Assembly (NCBI GenBank): GCA_973895155.1
Contig: OZ316893.1
Coordinates: forward strand, 17,304,770 to 17,368,769
Direction of reading: 5' to 3'
Origin: Marsupella aquatica
Taxonomy: Eukaryota > Plantae > Marchantiophyta
Length of the DNA stretch: 64,000 nucleotides
Part shown: piece after piece, positions 11,180 through 20,499 of the stretch
Layout: each line of letters starts with the position of its first letter
Numbering within the stretch: position 1 is the first letter of the stretch
Position numbers and translations under genes: made by a program
The notes under the pieces: generated by a model
The model's input: only the letters and a program-made list of their open reading frames with translations
Told to the model about the DNA's origin: nothing
Database searches by the model: none

Positions 11180-14100
11180 ATGAATACAGTCGAAAAATTA
11201 TTATGGCCAGCACTTAAAGTCGACGGATCCAACTATTTGACGTGGATCACAGATGTCGAAACTTACTTTACATCACAAGACCTTGAAGACACCTTAGATA
11301 CCGACATCGATGTCACGCTCAAACAAAAGGCTAAGGCAGCGTTTCTACTCAGGCAACATCTAACCCCTCAACTAAAGAATGAGTATATGAACGAAATTAA
11401 TCCAAGAAAACTATGGGATCTCCTCAAAGCCCGATTTGATCATATGAGGGAGATATGGCTCCCAGAGGCAAGAAGGGATTGGCATAACCTGCGCGTCATG
11501 GACCACACCACAATTGCCAATTACAATAGCGCACTGTGCAGAATTACATCTCAATTAGAAATGTGTGGACATCCAATAAATGACATAGATAGAATCGATA
11601 AGACACTATCGACATTCCCTGAATCTAATATCACATTAGGTACACAATATAGGAACATGCGTTTCACTAAGTACTCAGATCTGATTGCTCACTTACTTGT
11701 GGAAGAGAAGCAACAGATCGTGGCCTTGCAAAACGCCAGAAAGCGCCCAGCAGGATCAGACCCCCCACCACATCGACCTGAAACCCACTACACCAATTAT
11801 GAAGACAAACAACGAGGAAATTACCGGGGCGGACGAACTCAATTCAGAGGCGGAAGAAACCAATTCAGGGGCGGGAGAAATCAATTCAGAGGACAAGGCA
11901 AACCTTATAACCGACCCTCCGGATCCAATAACACGTGGCGCAGAGGCACCATGAATAATAGAGGAAGAGGACGAAGCAACCAATACGACACTGCAAACAA
12001 TTCCCAGAAAATGTGTTACCGATGTGGCAAAATTGGCCACATTAGAAACGCATGTGCAGCCACAGAACAAGAGGCCCACAGATACATAAACGACAGAAAT
12101 AAGTCCAGACAAAACCCCCAAGGACATTATATGGAGATAGAAGAAGAATTGATTGCCTCTCAGAGAGAAGAAACACAAGAACAGATAGAAGTACATACCT
12201 CTCTTACTGACTGGAAATACCCGACATTAGACGACCCCGATACGGGCATCATCGACAGCGGAACCTCACATACTATCTTAAAACACAGCAAGTATTTCGA
12301 GGCCATCACCCCATCATCCCGCGCTATCACCACCATAGCAGGACTTAATCATATAGAAGAAGGCAAAGGACGAGCCACATTTATACTACCAGGAGGAACT
12401 AAAATCACCGTGAAGTCAGCAATTTATGCCCCGAAAGCAACCCGAAACCTCATCAGCTTCCAGGATATCAGATCCAATAACCTCCAACTGCGCACGAATA
12501 CTCAGGGCAAAACAGAGACATTACAGATCATACAAGACATACAGGGTAAGCCATCCATTAAAGAAACATTTGCATTGATCCCCCCAGGCCTATACGCAAC
12601 CAGTATCCAAACATTCCATATACACCAAGAATCAGAGGATATGACATACATCTGGCACTGTCGACTACCCGGGTACCACTATGTACAACAGGATTATAAG
12701 GGACTCCAAAGGAATCCCCAAGACAGTCAAGCCAAAGGTAAAAACAGCCTGCATAGCGTGCTCACAAGGAAAAATGACCATACGACCATCAATACCAAAA
12801 ACAATATTTTCAATACCACAGTTCCTAGAGCAGATCAATGCAGATATCTGCGGACCTATAGACCCCCCGAGCGGCCCTTTCAAATATTTCCTGGTAATCA
12901 TCGACTCATCAACTAAATGGCTGCAGATTTCATTGCTATCTACCCGCAACTTGGCATTTGCGCGGATCTTAGCACATATTCTTAAATTAAGAGCACAGTT
13001 CCCAGAGTATCCTACAAGAAGATTAAGAGTAGATGGAGCTGGCGAGTTCACATCAAGAACATTCGACGACTTTTGCTGGGCAGCGGGCATCGATACTCAA
13101 TATCCAGTTCCCCACGTTCATTTTCAGAACGGTATAGCTGAGTCGGTTATTAAGAGACTTCAAATGGTGGCAAGACCACTGTTAATGAAGTCAAACTTAC
13201 CCACATCAGCATGGGGACATGCCATCCTTCACGCAGCTGCACTAATCCAATATAGACCGTCAGCATATAACTCTAAGACACCATACCACCTGGCGTTCGG
13301 CATACCACCGGACCTGTCCCACCTACGCATTTTCGGATGCCAGGTAATGGTGCCTATCTTAGGACCAAAGAGAACAAAACTCGGACCCCAACGGAATGCA
13401 GGTATCTATGTTGGGTTTGACTCTACTTCGATCATTAGATACCTTGAACCGACTACGGCAGACCTGTTCAAGGCAAGACATCAGGACTGCCATTTTTATG
13501 AAGATCAATTCCCACAGCTCACGAATACAGCATCAACACAATCCAAGGACACAACGAAAATGCCCATAAATTGGAAAGCAGACCAAAACAGAAATGACCC
13601 CAGAACCAAGCAGGCAGACGAAGAAGTCAGAAGACTTCTCCACCTACATGAAATGCTCGAAAAGATTCCAGACTCATTTAACGACGCTGCAAATGTCACA
13701 AGATCCCACAACTTAGCAGCTAATGCGCCATCGCGAGTACAAACCTCCTCGACACCGGCCAATGTAACAGCCCCCAGAGCAAAGCGAGGCAGACCACCAG
13801 GGATCAAGGACTCCCAGCCTCGCCAACGTAAAACTCCAGCAGCAAACTTGGGTACACCCGCGCTGGAACCAGCGATCACACTTAACGTGACAGCGATAAA
13901 TCAAAACGACCCACTGAGTGAAGAAAACGAGGAAATGTCAATCACATACATGCAAACAGGTAACATATATAAACGACCGACAACCCAAATTGATGAACAA
14001 TTTGCCTATAACGTAATACAGGAAATCACCAACGATATTCCTGATCCGCTCACTATAAACGAGGCAAAGAAACAACCAGATTGGCCAAAGTGGCAAGCAG

Positions 14101-15788
14101 CAATACATACCGAGATGGACGCCCTCATCAAGCGACAAGTATTCGGACCATTTAAAATGGCATTACCAGGTACACATTACACCGACTCTCGATTTACATT
14201 CTTGAAAAAACGAAATGAGAAAGGCATAGTAGTAAGATATCGAGCCCGGCTAGTAGCCAAAGGCTACACACAAATCCCGGGCAGGGACTACGATTTAACA
14301 TACTCACCAGTAATGGACGCTACTACATATCGCTATCTCACAGCACATTCAGTCCACCATAAACTGGTTAATAACCTTATGGACGTGGTAACCGCGTACC
14401 TTTACGGCACACTCGATACTGAGATATACATGACTGCCCCCCCGGAACTGATAGAGAGGGTCAAGCAGCACATTCAGGGGGAGACGTCCCAGAACCTGAA
14501 TACAGAGATTAAAAAGGGCATCAGCCAAATAATACCTGATGGGGATACAAAGGCCCTCTTGATGCAAAGTGGAAATACACAGGCAATGCATACCAGAGGA
14601 AAGAAATTAACAACAAAACTTACAGTCCAAGTGTTACGTTCCATCAACGGACTTAAACAGAGCGGCAGAATCTGGTATCAGAAATTCCAGACAGAGATGC
14701 TCGCCCTCGGATTTACAAATAGCGGACTGGCCCCCTGCATCTTCATCAAAAAGCATATGGACGAAGTCCTGATACTAGCACTGTACGTGGACGATGTGAA
14801 CTTATTCGGGACTAAACAGATGATGAAAGACACAATACATACACTGAAAGGAGTCTTCGAGATGAAGGACCTTGGAAGACCCAACCACTGCCTAGGCCTG
14901 CAGATCGAACACTTAGAAACAGGCATATTCCTTTACCAATCGACATACACGCAGAAGATACTTCATCAATTCAACATGCAGAAATCCTACCCTGTCTCCA
15001 CCCCGATGGAACTCAGATCTCTAGACCCGATCAAAGATATGTTTCGGAAGCGCCAAGAAGACGAACCCATACTGGGATCAGAAAAACCGTACCTATCAGC
15101 GGTGGGCGCCCTTATGTATCTAGCGAACCAGACGAGACCTGACATATCGTTCGCCGTCAGTCTCTTAGCGAGACACAGCGCACAGCCCACCATCAGGCAT
15201 TGGAACGGCATCAAGAGGATCATGAGATACCTACAAGGGACGATCGACCTTGGACTATTCTTTCCTAAGAATAGCCCCGATACGCTTACCGGTTACACTG
15301 ATGCCGGCTACCTGTCGGACCCCCAGGACTCCAAATCACAGACTGGGTACGTGTTCTTACAGGGGACGACAGCAATATCTTGGCGAAGTTCAAAGCAAAC
15401 AATGACCACAACGTCATCCAACCACTCGGAAATCATAGCGTTATACGAGGCGTGCAGAGAAGCTGTATGGCTACGAAGCATTATCAATCATATTAGGTCC
15501 AGCACCGGTAAACCACAGATAACAGAGCCAACCACAATCTACGAAGACAATAAGGCGTGTATCGACCAGATAACCAACGGAATCCTGAAGACCGAGAGGA
15601 CCAAGCATATTGACCCCAAGTATTTCTTCACGCAAGAACAACAAGGGAAAAGTATCAATGTTGCATGGATCAAATCTCAGGACAATCGAGCAGACATGTT
15701 TACGAAACCACTACCAGCCGGATTGCACAGAGCGCACCTCGAAGGCATAGGCATGAGCAGATTGTCCACGATCAAGCCCACCTCATAA
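11180..15788 (+). pseudogene. Copia Gag-Pol polyprotein with one frameshift at ~12667
   Basis: Gag with RGGRNQF repeats and CYRCGKIGHIRNAC zinc knuckle. Protease IIDSGTSHT. Integrase ADICGP/DGAGEF/NGIAES. RT LYVDD. RNase H GYTDAG/YEDN/ADMFTK. WHCRL|PGTTM lacks the GH of WHxRLGHP, consistent with a 5-bp deletion. Confidence 0.93.
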
Positions 15789-16292
15789 CACTGAAGCTCG
15801 AAAGGATTACCCAACGACGAAGCTGTCGCCCGATGAAGCCGCCTCCAGATGCCCGACCACCACACTCGGCGAGCGCCACACCACATCCCCGACGTGAAAC
15901 AACGCAAACCAACGCAAAAACGCCCGACTTGGCCTCACTAACCCAAAGCACAACACGAAGCGAAGCGCAATACGCAAAACGACATGAAGAACAACACGAG
16001 GCGCACACCAGGCAACGAGCTGAGGGGGAGACTAGACACCCATTAGGAACATTCACATAACCCCACTTAGCACATACGATTAACACTAACTAAGACATGG
16101 CAAAAAGGCTTAACCAGGACATTAGATATGGGAAACCACCTATATAAGTGATGGTAGCACTCTTTCCTCGAGAAGAAAGCGGCGAGGTTTTAATGAGGCT
16201 ACATCACACAGGTGGACCCCTAAACCGGATTATACCCTAGGTTCAAGAGATGTGGTTACTTTATGCTCCTCCATAAACTAACCAAGGGGGAG

Positions 16293-16489
16293 TGTTGTAA
16301 ACCCTAGTTTACCCCTTAACCATAGGGCGAGAACCCTTAACCATAGTATGAGAACTCCTAACCATAGGACCAGTATAAGGGCATTTGCCTACCATGTAAC
16401 CAAGGGGATATATATATCCCCTCATCAATAGTAATGGATCTATCTTGTTGGAGTATCTTTGAGTGTTCCTTTAGTTGTCTATTACAACA
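16293..16489 (+). repeat. 3' LTR of Bianca Copia
   Basis: Identical copy of 10624-10820, preceded by the PPT. Confidence 0.97.
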
Positions 16490-19400
16490 CCGACAACTAT
16501 TTTGATGGCGAAGTAGATCCGAAGGATGGCTAGAAGGTGTCTCAGTGCTGTAATGAGGAGTTCTTTGATGTTCTGTCCTTCCTGTTACCAATTCTATCCC
16601 CTGCCAAACGTCATTGAGTTACAATCCGGATTGGGAATACCATTGTCGCTTCCTACGTTGGTGAGAAGAAGATTTCTTGGGCGAAGGTGTTGGAGGAGGT
16701 CATTGCTAAGGAAGTCCAGAATCTTCATTTGAAGACTCCCACCTCCCTTTCGTGCTACCTGGCTAACCTATACTCCATGGACCGAGTGCTGACAGACAAA
16801 GAAGTAGAGGAGTATGAGAACCAAGCCATGTTGGCTCAACTTGGAGATCCGGACCGACAGCAATCAGAGGGGATAGAATCAGAAGAAGAGTCGGTTGTTG
16901 AAGTGAGACCTCCCAGGACCCGGAAGAGATTAGTTCAGAGTCCGGAACCGGATCCAATCAAAGATCCAAAACCTGCCCGGAGACCGGAAAGTAGAGGAAG
17001 TCTTTCGGGTGTGACCCCAAGTTCCAAGTGGACGGCATCAGCAAAGTTGGAACATGTCCAGACATTCGTGGAGAGTGCAACCGGAAAGGCTAAACAGCTC
17101 GAGGATCTTGTAGGGAAAGTTGCTGAGATGCTCAACTGCAGTCCGGTTGTCATCATTTCTACTTTGGATATGGTGATTAAAAGTCAGGCCAAGAAGAGGA
17201 TCTGGGACTTAGACGACCAGGCAGACAAGGATAGAAGGAAGATTGACTCCTTGGTAGACCAGTTGGATGTTGCACAAAAACCATCTTCAGATCCGGAAGC
17301 TTCTGAATGGAGCAGTCACCAGTGTTCAAGAAACGCTTCATGTATCGGCCTTGGGCTTGCTGGAAGCCAACCTGATTGATAAGTACTTAGCGACTGCCAA
17401 CCCAGGCACTCTTGCTAAGGTTATTGAGTGCAATAACCGGTTTGCCAAGAAGATCACAGGAGTGTTCGACCAGATGGAGAAAGCCATTTCGGATGCAAAG
17501 TCCATGTTGACCCCTATCAGAATTTGGATTTTGGAATCCGGTATGTCCCCTGCGATTATAGATGCAGTTGAAGCATAAGATACCCCACCCAGATTTGAGT
17601 AGGTTGAGTTTTGTTTTCCGTATGTTTCACCTTCGACTATCAGTCCCCCACGTAGTTCTCCCTTGGACCCGAAGAATGTGGAGGCTACTATTAGTTTTAG
17701 GACCCCAACTTCTCAAAAGCCTGTTAGTCCAGTTGATACTACACGTGAACCAGTTCAAGTAGAGATAGAAGATGATTCTCCAGTAGTTTAGTAGCTTTGT
17801 AGTTCATTAGAAATTAGATTTTGTTGTGGGAGAAATGAGACAAAGAGTTGGTTCCATCTTTACTCTTGGTAGAATATGTACATGTGGCTACGGCCTAAGT
17901 AGTTAGGGTAGTTACATAGGTAGTTATCCCAAAGGTAGACTTAACTCAAGTATGAGTTACAACACTCCCCCTTTGTAACATTGGGGTTGAAATGTTACAA
18001 TCAAGAGTCTACTTTGGGTATACTCAGTGGTATACAATAGGTTTTGTTTATGTCTAGCCTATTTTATAAATGGTGTAGCCATCTCAAGTCTACTATGAAT
18101 GAATGTCAAGCTTCTCCTAATAGATGTCTTATAATTCATGTTGCATGGTCAAGTGTAAGTGGGGGATGTAACCTCATTAAAACCTCCCCTACTTTCTTTG
18201 TGGGAGGAAAGAGTATTACCATCCCCATGGGTGTAACATAATTGGGTTTAAGCATATAGTGTATGTGTAATTTCTACAAAGTCTCTTAAGGTGCTTGTCA
18301 GTACTATAGGCTGGTTGAGGATCTTCCTTAGTTGATTGTTTCTCGTGTCTCCTTCCAATCGGGAAATGGATACTCCTTGATGGTCACCGATTACATGCCA
18401 TGACAAAGTAAAGTATTAGTACAAAATGAAGATGATATGGTGTAATCCATGGCCTTGGAATTGGATTGGGTGTCTAACCCTAGATTTGGTGTGGGCATAA
18501 CCTATTTGCACCACATCATGTACCATATCCACAACATAGGGTTATCATATTGGGGTATGGCGCACCATCTCTTATGGTGCCTTACCATGCCATGTCTCAC
18601 CTTATGGTACCTTATGACCTGGTATTGTACCTCATATTATCATATGGTACTTTAATATCCAGTATACCTCATCAAGTATTGGTAAGTGATTGTGTTAACA
18701 CCATGTTCAATCATTTATAAAAATTCCTTAGATTTCATGATTTGCCATATGCATGGAATAGAGTTCCATTTTTAGGTATTCATTGGTGCGAAAGGCACTT
18801 GTGCAATAGGCACATCCCATGGGTTACATTGCTTGATGTCAAGTCTTACTTGAGGTCTCCCCCTCAATTTGTCATTTATTTTTCCTTTCTGGCTGGGTGT
18901 GCAGTAGGCACCCATTTGCTTCCATGTGCAGTAGGCACGTTGGGAAAAACAATTCTCCCCCTGAATTTATGAAATTAATTGGTGGAAGTAATCATCATTT
19001 GTCGCCATGTAGGTTCTGTAATTTAGTTTCTTTCTTTATGTCCTTACTTCATGCCTTGTTGTTTGGTTTTTCTTGCCTTTTGAAGAGAAAGTCTCTTTGT
19101 TCTTTAGTTCTCCATTACTTAGTGTAAAATGGTCTTCTTAGAAGAAAATGTGGAGGACTTTCCTTTGGTTTGATGGCTTCTCTTTGTTTGCCTCCTTTGC
19201 CCGGCGTCTCGTCTGTAGCCTGTACCATGATCTCCGTCTGCATTGGACGTCCTTCTCTCTCCTGGCGTTCCTCACGTTCTCTCTTTGGTTTTTCGGGTTT
19301 GTGCTTCCTTCAATGTTCTTGGATTTATCCTCCTTGCCTTTGGTGCTTATTGTTTCTCCTCTGTCTCGCATTCTTTTCTTCGAAGTTTTCTCCCTTCGCG

Positions 19401-19907
19401 TTTGATCATGGACTGTCTTTATATGTTCGTGATGCTGCCTGCCTTGCTCACGATCTGCGTTCGATTTCTGTAGCGTCTTCTCTCCTCCTATCTTTTTCAA
19501 TTGGTAATTAGGCGTATGGGTGTTCCTTATGAATCAATCTTCCGTATGAGGTCGCCTTCACGGACTGGAAATAGGAGGTCTGATGACTCGTTCCAAAACG
19601 CGGATCTCCGTGAACTTACAAAATACAACCGTATTATATACTTCAAATGTGGAACTCGTGCAGACGCGTCAGTATAACCACGTATCATCTCGGCAAACGC
19701 TCAGTGTGCCTCACTTGGCCCCCGAAACCAAAACATTTTGCGCCTGTTAATTTAAGTCTCTGATGTTGTTGCCACAAACTATTTGATCTCAGACTCGACA
19801 ATTTGTGGAATGACACCGTAAGGCGTTTTTGGAAGGTCTTCAGGATCGAAGCATCTTGGCAACATTTTTTTTTGTTTTGCTTCGGATCCAATTGAGCACT
19901 TTGAAAT

Positions 19908-20499
19908 ATGAATCATCGGCAGGATGGCAGGAAGACGCTGAAAACTGTCCTGGAGGACATCAACAAGGTGCCGTCCCGTAGCGGCTACAAAGAACTCAAT
20001 TTTGGAGTATCGAATGCTGATGCCATTCAAGGTGCAGAGCCGACGAGATTTACCGCTGAATTGGGCCTCGAGTTCGAAGATCTCACGTACACTGTCGTCA
20101 AGCAGGAGAAGATCGACGGAAAATGGGAGTCCTATCCCATCGACCTTCTGCAAGGGATTTTGGGAAAGGCTATCAGAGGCCAATTGACGGGAATCATGGG
20201 ACCGAGCGGTGCTGGCAAGTCCACCTTCCTGGACGCTCTGGCCGGCCGCATTGGGCAACGGAGTCTGGGCGAGACAGTGCGGCTGGATGGGCAGCAAGTG
20301 ACCGGCAGCTATATCAAGCTCAACAGCGCGTACGTGATGCAGGAAGACCTTCTCTTCCTGCATCACGTACGCGCTGTTGAGCTTTCTAACAGTTACTGAG
20401 ACCTTCATGTTCGCTGCTGAGGTGCGCCTCCCCATGAAGCTTTCGCACTCCGAGAAAGCTGACCATGTCCAGGCTCTAATCACGCAGCTTGGTCTTGAG
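19908..20499 (+). pseudogene. STR: Captured first exon of a half-size ABCG transporter, STR (stunted arbuscule)-like
   Basis: GLEFEDLTYTVVKQEKIDGKW...LLQGILGKAIRGQLTGIMGPSGAGKSTFLDALAGRI (Walker A)...SYIKLNSAYVMQEDLLF...LTVTETFMFAAEVRLP...QLGLE, then donor GAG|GTAAAT. STFLDALAGRI and TFMFAAEVRLP are STR-type rather than STR2-type as I recall them. The frame is broken by an inverted duplication. Confidence 0.75.
20316..20384. repeat. Perfect inverted repeat: 32-bp stem, 5-nt loop
   Basis: AAGCTCAACAGCGCGTACGTGATGCAGGAAGA-CCTTC-TCTTCCTGCATCACGTACGCGCTGTTGAGCTT. Confidence 0.97.

Larger units (their letters stand above)
10624..16489 (+). mobile_element. Ty1/Copia LTR retrotransposon, Bianca-like lineage, full length and very young
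   Basis: Two 197-bp LTRs with no differences seen. TSD CCGAC. PBS CGTTATCAGCACGA at 10821-10834. PPT AAGGGGGAG at 16284-16292. Domain order Gag-PR-INT-RT-RH. Confidence 0.97.
10300..17578 (+). pseudogene. LTR-embedded accessory ORF (~470 codons; 10300-10623 plus 16495-17578), Transposase_32/PMD-like
   Basis: MPKRTTKE...NLEAMGCAKLLELPWGYQSAEFVKEV...IRGNPEKWTVAVISSLL...NFAD|NYFDGEVDPKDG*...VTIRIGNTIVASYVGEKKISWAKVLEEVIAKEV...SLSCYLANLY. The frame is continuous across the Copia insertion once one TSD is removed. It has a few stops and one frameshift. Confidence 0.65.

Noticed and set aside
12660-12690. Programmed ribosomal frameshift between Copia ORFs
   Set aside because: No slippery heptamer, and the conserved GH residues are missing, which a small deletion explains better.
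19138-19511. Overlapping Lys/Arg-rich and hydrophobic ORFs
   Set aside because: CT/GA-biased low-complexity sequence open in several frames, with no recognisable domain.
19560-19907. AW-box or MYCS symbiosis cis-elements upstream of the STR-like ATG
   Set aside because: Only near-matches were found by eye; no exact CnTnG(n7)CG or CTTCTTGTTC site could be confirmed.
19779-20483. 234-aa minus-strand ORF in the non-autonomous element
   Set aside because: It is the antisense shadow of the ABCG exon; its KLNSAYVMQE match arises only from the inverted duplication.
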